From IMG/VR virus record IMGVR_UViG_3300042922_001018: a stretch of 64,000 bases of DNA. One strand, given 5' to 3'. How positions within the stretch are numbered: position 1 is the first letter of the stretch; every line of letters starts with the position of its first letter. Under the pieces are notes generated by a model that worked only from the letters and a program-made list of their open reading frames with translations, was not told the DNA's origin and ran no database searches. Position numbers and translations under genes: made by a program. This stretch comes from a virus. Lineage: Duplodnaviria; Heunggongvirae; Uroviricota; Caudoviricetes. Shown piece by piece: positions 9,101-19,800 of this stretch.

Positions 9101-11623
9101 ATGTCGCTCACACAGGTCTTTCGCTTCACCCGTGCGGGTACTCTTGAACGTCAACCGCAGGCGTTCAACCAGAAGTCCGCGCAGGCATTCACGAACATCG
9201 CAGACGGCGCAACGCTCGTCGTAAAACGCGATGACAGCGGGCTGCGCTATTACCTCATCACCGCAGCAACTTCGTCGCAGGAAAACGCAGCACTTCTGCT
9301 CGCGCAGGCAGCCGCCGCTAGCGCACAGAAAACGGATGAACCTGTACGGCTCAACGACACGCGTTACGTCGCCGAAATGGTGGTCGAACCAGGGGCTTTT
9401 GCGGGACAGAACACGCAAGCTGGTAGCGACCCTCTCGTCGTCGCGAACTCGCTCGGTACGGTGCTCGGTGTAGGCGACTGGATTGCCGTCGGTTTGCGTC
9501 ACCCGAAGAAGGCTGAAGTGAAGCGCAATCAGGTGTGGCTGCGCGGTCGCGGTATCGTCACTCACCACTCCGATGCGACGAACGCTGTCGTCATTTCGAT
9601 GCTCGCCGGAAGCGACATTCAGGGCGCCGCTGAGAACATTCTGCGCAGCGTTGCGTCGGGACTTCCCGGCTTTGATTTGCGTGTTACTGCACGCCCCATT
9701 CGCATGCTCGAATCGCTCTACGGATGGTTGATTGCGTCCGGCGTGGGTGTACTCATTGCGGGCGGAACGTGGTTCGCACAGCAGAACCCTGAAGCACTCG
9801 AAGGCGTCGATGTTGCGTCACTTGCGTTCGGTGTTCCGAGCGGTATCGGCATCGTCATCGCAGGGCTTGTGGGTACTGTTCTGACCGCAACGAAGAAGCT
9901 TCCATCGCGCGTTACACGGCTGTTCCGCGGACTCGAAAACGGTACAGTTCCGCAGCCTTCGCAGCGCGTGTCGAACCCGAAGAAGCCGCAGGCGGAACGC
10001 ATCACGAAGGAGGGTCGTCACATCGAACGCTCGTTCGGCGACTACCCGCTTGCGCCGAACGCGTTCCTCGTCGGTCCCCAGATGCCGGTTTCTGTCATCG
10101 CTCCTCACGGTGGTGCGGAGTCAGGTTCGGGCGCTGCGCGTGAACGTCCGGCACCGCCTGAGTTGCGTCGTCGTGTCGGTCCCATCATCGGCAAGAACGA
10201 AGGTGCGCCCGCCTGCCTCGATGTCAAGATGGCGTGGGCCGGAACGCTTCTGTTCGGTGCGGCCGGTTCCGGTAAGTCGCAGCTCGTTCAGTCCATCTGG
10301 GGCTGGAACGCTTTCGACAAGATGCACCCTTCCGGCCTTGCCGGTAGCGCCGGAACTCAGAACGCGATGATTGCTCTGGAGTCGAAGGGTGATGGAGCGT
10401 ACGCGTACGAGGAGTGGTCGAAGCAGGCTGGCGACAAGCCTCTGCTCATCGAACTCGGCGACCCCGAGTCGTGGGGTATCGACCTCATCGCTGGTGGTGG
10501 CGGCACCATCCAGGAGCGCGCTCGTGACATCGTGGCGATGATGAAGTACGCGTTCAACGACGGCTCCATCATGGAAGCGTCGTTCGACACTCTCGCTCTC
10601 GTCTTCGGTGCGGCGCTCGTTGTTGACGAAGGCATCTGGAGCCAGGTGCCGGGTCTCGCACACGGAGCTTCGGCGTTCTACTACGCATCCGTACTTCTCG
10701 GTCAGCGTGGTGAAGAACTGGGTGTCCAGCTCGCCGCCGAGATTCGGTCGCAGGCGGTAACCCGTGGGTACGAGCCGGGTCATGACTGGCGTGAAGCAGC
10801 CGACGGCCTCCTACCGCTCTACGGCGATGGTGTCACTTCCTCGCAGCGTAAGAACCTCCTCCAGGCTCCGCGTAACAAGGTCTCCGCGCTCCTCGCCGCT
10901 GAGCAGTGGTGGCGCCGTCCTCGGAAGGTCACCTGGGACATGGTGCTCCAGAACCACGGTTCGGTCATCGTCAACACGGGTTCGACTCGGGGCGGTCACC
11001 TCGTGGACGACGAACTCTCGAAGCAGGTCTCGGCCATGCTGATGTACTCCCTCTACATGGCGATTCGTCGTGGGTGCTCGGGGTGGCAGGCTCAGGGCCG
11101 GTCGGTCTCCATCTTCTCCGATGAGCTGTCGATGCTCGCGGGTAACAGCCCCGAGGTCATCACCTTCCTCCGCGAGCAGGGTCGTTCGTTCGGTGTTCGC
11201 CAGACGTACGCGACCCAGTACCCGGAGCAGCTTGCTCCGGCGGTGCGTGACTCGGTGATGAACTTCGCGACGCTCGTGGCCTTCCAGCAGAACAACCCGA
11301 CGGTCATCCGTGGCCTCATCGACAACCTCTCTATGGATGGTAGCCAGTGGGAGACGGCCGACCTTGCGACGCTTCCGCGCTTCCACGCCGTTGTCCGGAC
11401 CGCCGAGAACGGCATCTCCCTGTCGGCGTTCACGGTGGCAGTCGAGAACTGGTGGGAGCAGCGCGAGACGTTCGGGGAGGCTCAGGGCTTCTTCGGTCCG
11501 GGCACAGTCTCAGGGTTCGGCCAGTCGTCTGCCGCCCCGGTGGCGCCGGTACAGCCCGCCCCGCCCATCGAGTACAACACTGACATCCGTCCCGGTTTCT
11601 CGCTGCCGCCTTCGGGCCAGTGA
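9101..11623 (+). CDS. VirD4/TraM-TraD-like type IV coupling ATPase
   Basis: 2 TM helices; Walker A GAAGSGKS; Walker B IFSDE; GRSFGV..ATQYPEQL; start after TACTCT-N6. Confidence 0.75.
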   Translation: MSLTQVFRFTRAGTLERQPQAFNQKSAQAFTNIADGATLVVKRDDSGLRYYLITAATSSQENAALLLAQAAAASAQKTDEPVRLNDTRYVAEMVVEPGAFAGQNTQAGSDPLVVANSLGTVLGVGDWIAVGLRHPKKAEVKRNQVWLRGRGIVTHHSDATNAVVISMLAGSDIQGAAENILRSVASGLPGFDLRVTARPIRMLESLYGWLIASGVGVLIAGGTWFAQQNPEALEGVDVASLAFGVPSGIGIVIAGLVGTVLTATKKLPSRVTRLFRGLENGTVPQPSQRVSNPKKPQAERITKEGRHIERSFGDYPLAPNAFLVGPQMPVSVIAPHGGAESGSGAARERPAPPELRRRVGPIIGKNEGAPACLDVKMAWAGTLLFGAAGSGKSQLVQSIWGWNAFDKMHPSGLAGSAGTQNAMIALESKGDGAYAYEEWSKQAGDKPLLIELGDPESWGIDLIAGGGGTIQERARDIVAMMKYAFNDGSIMEASFDTLALVFGAALVVDEGIWSQVPGLAHGASAFYYASVLLGQRGEELGVQLAAEIRSQAVTRGYEPGHDWREAADGLLPLYGDGVTSSQRKNLLQAPRNKVSALLAAEQWWRRPRKVTWDMVLQNHGSVIVNTGSTRGGHLVDDELSKQVSAMLMYSLYMAIRRGCSGWQAQGRSVSIFSDELSMLAGNSPEVITFLREQGRSFGVRQTYATQYPEQLAPAVRDSVMNFATLVAFQQNNPTVIRGLIDNLSMDGSQWETADLATLPRFHAVVRTAENGISLSAFTVAVENWWEQRETFGEAQGFFGPGTVSGFGQSSAAPVAPVQPAPPIEYNTDIRPGFSLPPSGQ

Positions 11624-11653
11624 GCCGCTGCGATTTCGTGATAGGGTGATGAC

Positions 11654-11950
11654 ATGACTCTCTACCTCGTCCAGGCTGTGACGTTCTTCATCCTCAGCCT
11701 CGCGTACATCGTGCGCGACTTCCCCTGGAAGAACTGGAACAGCAAGAGCAAGAGGCGGGTTTCGCTGACGCTCCTCGCCATTGCGCTGGTGGGCATCATC
11801 GCCATGCCTGTGATTCTGTTCACCGGCACGATGGGAGAGGATGCTCCGCCCTGGGTTCAGATGGTGACGCTCGCATCCATCGGCTTCTTCGTCATTACCG
11901 TGACCCTCTCTATCTTCGTCTGGCCCCGGAAGCGGGAGGGAGAGAAGTGA
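11654..11950 (+). CDS. Small 3-TM membrane protein
   Basis: TAGGGT-N6-ATG; hydrophobic; resembles next gene. Confidence 0.7.
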   Translation: MTLYLVQAVTFFILSLAYIVRDFPWKNWNSKSKRRVSLTLLAIALVGIIAMPVILFTGTMGEDAPPWVQMVTLASIGFFVITVTLSIFVWPRKREGEK

Positions 11951-12261
11951 ACCCGTTGACGCTTCAGTTCCTCTTCCAGACGCTCACCTTCCTTTCGCTG
12001 AGCATCTCGTTCATCATCCAGGCATTCGAGCTTCGCATCGGTGCGCGTGGCACGAACCGCGTACTCTCCTTCTTCTCGATTCTGGTCGCTACCCTTTTCG
12101 CGGCTGCCTGGGTCGTGACTGCCTGGCTTGTCCCCGCCGGAGCTGAGCCGACCGCGGTCTCCGATGCGCTCAGGTGGGTTGCTCTTGGTGCGACGGCGGT
12201 GGTGGGCTTGTCGGTGATTGCCCTTGTCCGTCAGCGCACTGTACGTTCGCGTGGGGAGTGA
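11947..12261 (+). CDS. Small 3-TM membrane protein
   Basis: Coupled overlap; QTLTFLSLS similar to QAVTFFILSL of previous gene. Confidence 0.7.
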   Translation: MNPLTLQFLFQTLTFLSLSISFIIQAFELRIGARGTNRVLSFFSILVATLFAAAWVVTAWLVPAGAEPTAVSDALRWVALGATAVVGLSVIALVRQRTVRSRGE

Positions 12262-13595
12262 GTGTGGAGTTCCATGACCTTCCCTCGGCGATTCCCGACC
12301 ACCCGCTCCGCACGAGCGAAAGAGTCGTAGACCCGTACTACGACGACATCTGGGCGCCGGGTTCCAGTGCCGCATGGACGACTGCGAAGCAGGCTACCGC
12401 TCAGGTCGCCCGCGGTTTCGCGCGCGTGCCGAAGCGGCTGGACATGCCTGCCGACGACGCATGGAACGCTGTCCTATCTCCGACTGCCTACAAGCGTGAG
12501 GCTCGGCTCAACGCTCTCGGAGCGCTCGACCAGTGGCGGACGCTGACCGCTGAACAGCTCGCTCTCTTCTCGGGTGACACGAAGATTGCCTCTGGCGGTA
12601 GCACGGTCATGAAGCAGCTCTTCGCTGCGGGGCTGGCCGATGTCGGCATCTTCGCGAACGCACTCATCAACTCGCGCAGTTCTCAGGTCGCCACCATCTA
12701 CCGCCCTGGCGCGAACAACGAGTTCGAGCGGAAGCTCGCTCCGCTCCTCACCTACCAGGAGTGGCTGAGCATTACGGGCGGGACGCCGTTCGATACGAAG
12801 TCGCAGTTCGACCGCCACAACCTCCTCGCGGCGGAGCTGGCGCTTCGTATCTCCGAGTTCTGTCACCCGGCTACGGTTCTCGGCGAGAAGCTCAGCACCA
12901 TCTCTGCACTCGCCTACGAGGGCTGGGGCGAACACGCCCCTCTTCAGACTCAGGGTCGCGCGGCGGACCTGACAGCCATCCGTGAGGACGGGCTGCGGGT
13001 GGCGCTCGAAATCACAGCGAACGCGACGGCCACCGGCTTCGAGCGCAAGGTGGAGAAGTGGGCGACGACCATCTCGAACCGGCGCCTCTCTGACTCGGGC
13101 CTGGTCGTCATCTTCGTCGTGGCATCGAAGCCGGGCACGCGCAACTTGCTCACGGATGTCCGAAAGCGGGTGGCGCGCGCCGTCCGGCTGTTCCCCGGTC
13201 TGAACCATGACCTGAGCGCGAACCGTATCGGCGTCGTGGACTGGCGCGACTGGTTCCCCGCTGTCGGACAAGTTCACTCTGGGTTCCCGAACCTCGATGC
13301 CTGGTTCTACGACCCGACCTCGGTGGATGAGGACGGCAAGGGTGAGTGGGTCCGTAGGAGCGTGTTCGACCTCTTCGACTACGGCTACGACCCGGCGCCC
13401 GGCCGCGACCCACTCCAGGTGCGTACGGGTGCGTCGGCGCTCCGTGCAACGCCGTCATGGCTGCGTGGCGAACCGGCCGAGACGGTGGAGTATGTCTTGG
13501 AGGCCGCGAAGCTTTCCGACGCGATGCCAGGCCACCAGCACGGCATCTTCGGCTCGGCGCCGCCCGCCCGCATGCGTGCGAGGCTCGGCGCGTAG
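12258..13595 (+). CDS. Replication-relaxation (Replic_Relax)-like protein, putative relaxase
   Basis: wHTH-like WRTLTAEQLA; RHNLLAAEL; ADL..VALEIT nuclease-like motif; located after coupling protein. Confidence 0.6.
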   Translation: MSVEFHDLPSAIPDHPLRTSERVVDPYYDDIWAPGSSAAWTTAKQATAQVARGFARVPKRLDMPADDAWNAVLSPTAYKREARLNALGALDQWRTLTAEQLALFSGDTKIASGGSTVMKQLFAAGLADVGIFANALINSRSSQVATIYRPGANNEFERKLAPLLTYQEWLSITGGTPFDTKSQFDRHNLLAAELALRISEFCHPATVLGEKLSTISALAYEGWGEHAPLQTQGRAADLTAIREDGLRVALEITANATATGFERKVEKWATTISNRRLSDSGLVVIFVVASKPGTRNLLTDVRKRVARAVRLFPGLNHDLSANRIGVVDWRDWFPAVGQVHSGFPNLDAWFYDPTSVDEDGKGEWVRRSVFDLFDYGYDPAPGRDPLQVRTGASALRATPSWLRGEPAETVEYVLEAAKLSDAMPGHQHGIFGSAPPARMRARLGA

Positions 13596-13627
13596 ACTGC
13601 CGCCCACTTCTGTGTTAGGCTTACCTT

Positions 13628-14173
13628 ATGAAGCCCACGGTTCTCAACGTCGCGGGGCCAGAGGGCGAGCCTGTCTCCCTCTCTTGGTCCTCAGACCGAG
13701 TGTTCCGTTTTCAGGGAAGGACGGGGTCGGGGAAGACAACAGCACTCCGCCAGGCTGTCGCTGACTTCGAGGCGCAGGGTGGCGAGGCTCTCGTACACGT
13801 TGAGAGCGCATGGCACGGCTATCTGTTCCCGACGAAGCTCTTCACGTTCTCAGCAGCGCGAGACACGGTCCCTTGCATTGAGGAGCTGACCACCGTCCGG
13901 TTGGACGGAGAAACACAGACCCCGCTCCTCTTCGCTATGGAGGATGTCACCCGTCATGACCAGGATGTGACGCTGACGACTCGCCTCCTTCAAGTTGCTC
14001 GTCACGCAGAAGCGCTGAACGCGTGGGTCATCGTCACCGGCCATGACTTCGCTGTCGGCTCACACGCCGCTGACGAACTGGCGGATTTTGCTCCGCGAGA
14101 GTACCAGTTCCAGAACTTCCCGAAATCCCAGTGGTACGCATACGACCGGGGCTATCGAGTAGGTTCGCAGTGA
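13628..14173 (+). CDS. Family D stand-alone P-loop (FtsK-like) domain
   Basis: GRTGSGKTT; LLFAMED; ARHAEALNAWVIVT. Confidence 0.75.
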   Translation: MKPTVLNVAGPEGEPVSLSWSSDRVFRFQGRTGSGKTTALRQAVADFEAQGGEALVHVESAWHGYLFPTKLFTFSAARDTVPCIEELTTVRLDGETQTPLLFAMEDVTRHDQDVTLTTRLLQVARHAEALNAWVIVTGHDFAVGSHAADELADFAPREYQFQNFPKSQWYAYDRGYRVGSQ

Positions 14174-14727
14174 ACGGACTCATGCCAGCATTCCCGCCGC
14201 TGATGCTCGGGTATACGCCGGATGGCCTAGAGGCGTACCTGGACTGGAAGAGCCGAGTAGTGCGGGTGACCGGGACTATCGACAGCGGAAAGACCACCAT
14301 CCTTGCGAACATCGTCAGCAAGTTCGATACGACTCGCGCCGATGTCCTCGTGTTCTGTCATCATGAACGTGACTCTGACTGGTTCCCCGGATGCTTCACT
14401 GGCGAACAGGTGACCGAGTTCCATGAGGAGCTGGACCGTCAGGTTTCTCGACGCCTTGCGGGTGAGACGAACCGCCCGCTTGTGGTTGTAGCGAACAAGC
14501 TCGCCGCTGCGGGTGACGCCATTCCAGACATCCTTCGTCTTTCCCGGCACGCCGAAGCACTGAACGCGTATGTGCTCACGGAGGACCGCAATCGGAGGAA
14601 GAGCTTCTACTCGGGTGAGTTCGAGGACGTTTCGGTGAGCACGGTCATCACGTCGTGGCCGCAGGCTGCTATCCGGCATGCAGGTTCCAGCTACGCGCTC
14701 CTCTTTCACCCGACCGTATTCGAGTGA
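14170..14727 (+). CDS. Family D stand-alone P-loop domain
   Basis: GTIDSGKTT; SRHAEALNAYVLT shared with previous gene. Confidence 0.75.
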   Translation: MNGLMPAFPPLMLGYTPDGLEAYLDWKSRVVRVTGTIDSGKTTILANIVSKFDTTRADVLVFCHHERDSDWFPGCFTGEQVTEFHEELDRQVSRRLAGETNRPLVVVANKLAAAGDAIPDILRLSRHAEALNAYVLTEDRNRRKSFYSGEFEDVSVSTVITSWPQAAIRHAGSSYALLFHPTVFE

Positions 14728-14770
14728 CCTGTCCGTCCGTGTAGCTGCTGGCACGGTGTAGACTGTGACC

Positions 14771-14962
14771 ATGAGTAACAACCAGGGCGGCGGCGACCGC
14801 CAGAACTACGTCCGGCGCCAGTTCGATGACGCGCAGCGCAGCCGTATGGATGTCGAAGGCTTCTGGAAGTCCTCTCGCGGTTCTCTGACCGCGATTATCG
14901 GCGTCGGCGTCATCGCTGTCGCCGCCGTGGTCAGCATCGTCTTCTCCTTCATCCCCGCATGA
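14771..14962 (+). CDS. Small protein with C-terminal TM
   Basis: TAGACT-N6-ATG; stop overlaps NERD start. Confidence 0.65.
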   Translation: MSNNQGGGDRQNYVRRQFDDAQRSRMDVEGFWKSSRGSLTAIIGVGVIAVAAVVSIVFSFIPA

Positions 14963-15531
14963 CCGGCTACGTTCTCGGGCGTCCCGGCGGTTCGCTGGGC
15001 AACAGCTCGTCATGGCTCGGCGCCGGGAAGGAAGAGCAGGCCAAGGTCGGAGCGGATGCCGAACGGAAGACGGCGTTGGTCACGGACCAGCGCGCGAAGA
15101 CCACAGAGGCGGTCGTTCTCCACGACCTTCGTATCCCGCTGCCGGGATACAAGGCGAACATAGACCACGTCTGGGTCTCTGGGGACACCGTCATCGTCAT
15201 GGACACGAAGCAGTGGGCAGGCGGCACGTACTGGACGCTCTTCGGGAAGACGCGGAACGGCTTCAAGCTGGTACCGCACGCTGACAAGCGAACGATTTCG
15301 GCCGCTGTCGTCGGCATCAGCAAGTACCTCACGGACCGCGGCATCAAGCTGAAGATGGCGACGCCGCTCCTGGTCGTATGGAGCAAGAACCCCATTTCGC
15401 ACCTCTTCTATCGTCCGGCGGGCGCGAAGTTCGTGAGCGGCGACGTGTTCAAGCGGGACGCGGTGCGACTGCTGCCGGGCAAGAAGGCGAACCCGGCCAT
15501 CGTCAACGCGCTCTCCGAGCTTCTCATCTAG
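14959..15531 (+). CDS. NERD-domain nuclease-related protein
   Basis: GADAE..VLHDLRIP..NIDHVWV..VIVMDTKQW. Confidence 0.8.
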   Translation: MTGYVLGRPGGSLGNSSSWLGAGKEEQAKVGADAERKTALVTDQRAKTTEAVVLHDLRIPLPGYKANIDHVWVSGDTVIVMDTKQWAGGTYWTLFGKTRNGFKLVPHADKRTISAAVVGISKYLTDRGIKLKMATPLLVVWSKNPISHLFYRPAGAKFVSGDVFKRDAVRLLPGKKANPAIVNALSELLI

Positions 15532-15539
15532 AGGGCATC

Positions 15540-16172
15540 ATGCAGCCGACCCTACTCGGCCTCACCCGAGCGCAGGAACCGGTTTTCTACGCCTGGGACC
15601 GACCTCTCCTCATCACCGATGCCCTTCGGGATGGGCGTCAGACGCAAGTCGCCGACGCGCTCGCCGCTTCAGCGCTTGCTTCAGGCGCGACGTTTGTACG
15701 CGCTGGTACCAGCAGCTACCGTTCGCGGGTCTTCAACCCCGGCGAGGGTACAGAGTTCGAGAACAGCCGGTACGGTGACGCGTTCGACGTTGTCGAGCGA
15801 TTGGCTGAGAATCGTGTAGCGTTCCTTGAACAGCACAATCGTCTGCTCGACGGATGGCGCGAGGCGGACGGCCCACTCATCTTGTTCATGGTGATGTCCG
15901 GTTTCCTCCTCACTGGAGACCTTCTTCGCCGCTTGCAGCTTCTCGCACGCGTCGGTGGACATCTCGGAGTGGCCGTCATTACTTTCCACAGCCCCGCGCT
16001 CACTGACTGGTCTGACTACCTGGACGCTCCCATCCATCAGCTTCACATCGGGGCTACAGTGGATGCTGACGGCGTATCTTTCAACCCGAGCGGTTCCGCC
16101 GCTGAGTCGTCGTACAGAGTAGCTGACGGGGCAACGGTGCGGTTCAAGGTCGAACCGGCCGTCGTGCGGTAG
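15540..16172 (+). CDS. Family D degenerate FtsK-like domain
   Basis: MQPTLLG; no Walker A; LARVGGHLGVAVIT. Confidence 0.65.
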   Translation: MQPTLLGLTRAQEPVFYAWDRPLLITDALRDGRQTQVADALAASALASGATFVRAGTSSYRSRVFNPGEGTEFENSRYGDAFDVVERLAENRVAFLEQHNRLLDGWREADGPLILFMVMSGFLLTGDLLRRLQLLARVGGHLGVAVITFHSPALTDWSDYLDAPIHQLHIGATVDADGVSFNPSGSAAESSYRVADGATVRFKVEPAVVR

Positions 16173-16181
16173 ACTTGGTGG

Positions 16182-16844
16182 GTGGAACCCACCTACCTCG
16201 GTCGCGACAATCGCGGCGTTCGTCACTCCCATGACTGGGACCGGCACGGAGGGCACCTCTCTATCACCTACGAGCGCTCGGATGTTATCCGATTCCCGTG
16301 GTTGGCTCGGTTCGTCTCAGTGCCAGGCCATGTGGAAGTCGTGCTCGGGGGTGACTACGCGCATGAGCTGAAGAAGTCGAAGCCGGGGGTGTTCGCACGG
16401 CTCTCCCACGTCGCCGCGCTTCCGTCGTTCGCTCTGTCTCGGGTCGAAGGCCTAGCTGACCGCCGTATCCGGCAAATCGAGAAGACCGGGACATGGGTTG
16501 GTCCTCGCATCATCCTTGTCCTGGATAACGCGAACTCGCTGGACCCAGACGAAGTAGACGTACTCGCGAGGCTCATCCGTGCGGGTGACCGACTCGGAGT
16601 ATCTGTCATCCTGTGTCGTGAGCAGAGGAAGAAGATGACGACCGGGCCGGGCGAGATGCGCCTCCAGCATGTGTTGCGCACCGAGACCGAGATGAACGAA
16701 CTGAGACTCGGTGTCATGATGCGCGGAAGGTACTCGGAGCCAGAATCCCCGAACCAGAATTCGGCCGTGTATGAGCCGTTCCGCGGCGAGAAGGTCTCCT
16801 TCGTTCTCGGCTACGAAACGCAGGCGGTATCCCCTGCGCGGTAA
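16182..16844 (+). CDS. Family D degenerate FtsK-like domain
   Basis: MEPTYLG; IILVLDNA; LIRAGDRLGVSVILC. Confidence 0.65.
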   Translation: MEPTYLGRDNRGVRHSHDWDRHGGHLSITYERSDVIRFPWLARFVSVPGHVEVVLGGDYAHELKKSKPGVFARLSHVAALPSFALSRVEGLADRRIRQIEKTGTWVGPRIILVLDNANSLDPDEVDVLARLIRAGDRLGVSVILCREQRKKMTTGPGEMRLQHVLRTETEMNELRLGVMMRGRYSEPESPNQNSAVYEPFRGEKVSFVLGYETQAVSPAR

Positions 16845-16861
16845 GGTAGACTGACTGAATC

Positions 16862-19800
16862 ATGGCAACGGCAAGAACCCGTAACTCTGCGCCTCCAAAG
16901 TCGAACGCAGGTATCATCGCGACAATCGTCGTTCTGGCGTCCATCGCGGCGTCGGTGCTCGGGCTGCCTGGATTCGCTATCCTCTGGCTTGGTCTGGCGG
17001 GTGCCGGGTTCGCGACCGTCGCACCACAGCTCACGGGGAAGAACCTGAAAGGCCAGCCGGAGCCGAACGGTGAGCAGGAGGAGATGGAACTCCGGAAGTT
17101 CCGTTTCTGGTCCGACTACCGCTGGCGTTCGTTCGTTCCTGGCACTGACTGGCTCCCGTTCGCAGAGGGGAAAACCTGGAAGGAGAAGCTCCGGCTCTCA
17201 GCCATCTGGGTAGTGGCCGTCGGTCTCGCGGCCGTCGCGTTCACGCTTCCCGTTGAAGTGCAGTTGCTCGGAAGCTTCCCGGACTTCGCTCATCTGGCTG
17301 AAGACCTTGCTCCGTACACCGACATCTTCCTTCTCCTGAATGTCCTGGGCGCATACATCGTGCCCATGCAGTTCACCGGTTCGGTTCGCCGCACGACGGA
17401 CCCTCAGGATGCGCAGTCCGTCGTTCCGTTCCACTCGAACATCATCTTGACGGTCATCGCGCCCGTCGTCGGTCTCGTCGCCGGTTTCGCGGCCCTCACC
17501 GCTCCCGCCATCGTGGAACGAGTGGTGGACCAGCCGGGTTACGAGTTCCCCATCCAGCCGCCCCTCGTTTTCGCGCTGGGCGTCTTCCTTGCCGCTTCCG
17601 GCAGCATCGCGTACCTGGCGAACAAGGCGGGGACGCTCGCTGACTGGGAGGAGCGCCGTGAGGCTCGGGCCACATGGAAGGTTGCGTTGACCCATCTGAA
17701 GGTGGACCCGCGGTTGACCGACCACAAGCTCGTTGGCGAGCAGGGTGTCATCCTGGACACGTTCGAGGCTCCCGGCGTTCCGAACGCCGATGGCATGCTC
17801 GCGTTGGCGCCGAAGCTCATTCCTCTTCTCGGTGCGGGTCGTCAGGCCGTCATGCTTCACACCCCGAACCTGTCTGGAGACGGTCAGCCTGTTCCTGGAA
17901 CGCGTCACCCGCAGATTTTCCAGGTCATCCAGTGGCCGGACGGGTCGATGCCTGACTTCACTCAGCTCGTTGACCCGGAGGTCGCAGAACTGGCGCTCCG
18001 CTCGGCCGCGGCGTGGGTCCACGATGAGCAGAAGCTCCCGCGCGCTGACCTCGTGAACGTGCAGCGTATCTCGACCGACGAGTCCGAGAGCCACGCGTAT
18101 CTGGCGACGTTCCTCGGTGAAGGCGCGATGTACCTCGACACGACCGGCGCAGCCATCGGACGCAGCCTGACCGGCATGGACGCTTTCGCTGAGCAGGGCC
18201 AGGGCGGCATCCTTCTGTACCTCGGCGACCTGGACAATGCAGAACTCGAAGACGACTCGGTTCGCGAGCGCATGCAGCGCACGGCGCAGACCTCCCGCTG
18301 GAACCAGCGATGGAAGGACGCTCTGAAGCAGGGCGTACAGGTTCCGGTCATCCAGCTCGAAGTTCATCGCAGCGCACGACTGGCTGACGGTACGATGCTG
18401 GAATACCAGCCGTTCGTCTTCAACCAGGGCGTCGGCGGGCCGAAGACGTACTTCGGTCACGAGGCGAACCTGAGCACCACGCTCGCGGCGGCGCCGTTCG
18501 TCGCCATCCTCGGCTTCCCCGCTTCCGGTGGTCGTCCCGGCGAGCGTCACCCGCAGGCTCTCGCTGTGGCGTGGTCGCAGAAGAACGTCCCGTCGTCACC
18601 GTCGAAGCTTGACCCGGCCGGTGACCGCGACGCAGTGAAGTGGGTCATCAGCGGAATGGTCGGTCGTGCGTTCGAGGCGGCTCGTCTGGCGCGCCCGGAG
18701 GTCGCCGCCGTCACCGCTCTCACGACGCAGGGCACACCTCAGCAGCGCTCGAAGCCACACATCTGGAAGATTGACCTCCGCCTGTACGACGGCGTGACCA
18801 TCACGGATGTGAAGAAGAACGCGGCGAAGCTCGGTCTGTCTCTGAACGTCGAGTGGCTCCGTATCACGGAGTTCACGGATGGCTGTACCATCGTTGCGGG
18901 TGTCAACCCGACCACCCGTGGTGTCGAGTTCGCTCGTCCGAGCGCGCGGAGCGAGATTCGTTCCTACCTGGACTACTGCCTCTCGCTCGACTGGGAGCAG
19001 GCGTTCATCGACGCGAAGGTCATCGGCTCGAACGGAGCTTCCACTCCGAAGCTGGTCAAGAGCGCCACGCTGCCGAAGAACGATGACGTGCAAGTCCTGA
19101 CCTTCTCCCTGCCGCCGGGTATCAGCCGCCCGCAGGTCGCCGAGGCCCGCGAGAAGCTCAGCGCTGCGACGAACAACTCGTTCTTCATCGTGCGTCCTGG
19201 CGGTTCCGCCAGCGAAGTCGAGCTGCTGGTGGCTCGGGAGAACCCGCTGAAGACTTCCATTCCGGTCAACTGGGACGAAGTCCGCAGTTCCTCTGTCGTT
19301 CCATTCGGCAGCACGGTGGAGGGCGAAGTCGCCGCGTACGACTGGAAGGAGTCCCCACATCTTCTCATCCTCGGTGGTTCCGGCTCTGGTAAGTCTGCGA
19401 CGCTTCAGGTTCTCCTGACGAGCGCGCTGTTCCGCAACGCCGAAGTCTACGTCGCTGACCCGTCGAAGGGCGCGGCTGACTTCCGGTTCGCGGAAGACTA
19501 CCTGAAGGCAGTCATCGTAGACACGGTTGAGACTTCCGCGATGATGAACGCCCTCTACGCTGAGGTCGTCCGTCGCAAGAACCTCAACTCGGCACACGGG
19601 GTCGGTAGCTACCGCGACCTCCCTGCGGAGATTCAGCCGCCGCACATTGTGGTGGTCATCGACGAGTTCACGAGCCTCATGATGGCGGACCGCCTGAAGA
19701 AGCCCAGCACGAATGACCCCGAGGTGCTCGCCGAGTACGAAGAACAGGTCCAAATCAATGACGCGAAGGCGAACATCGGCTCGAAGGCTGGCCGCATCGC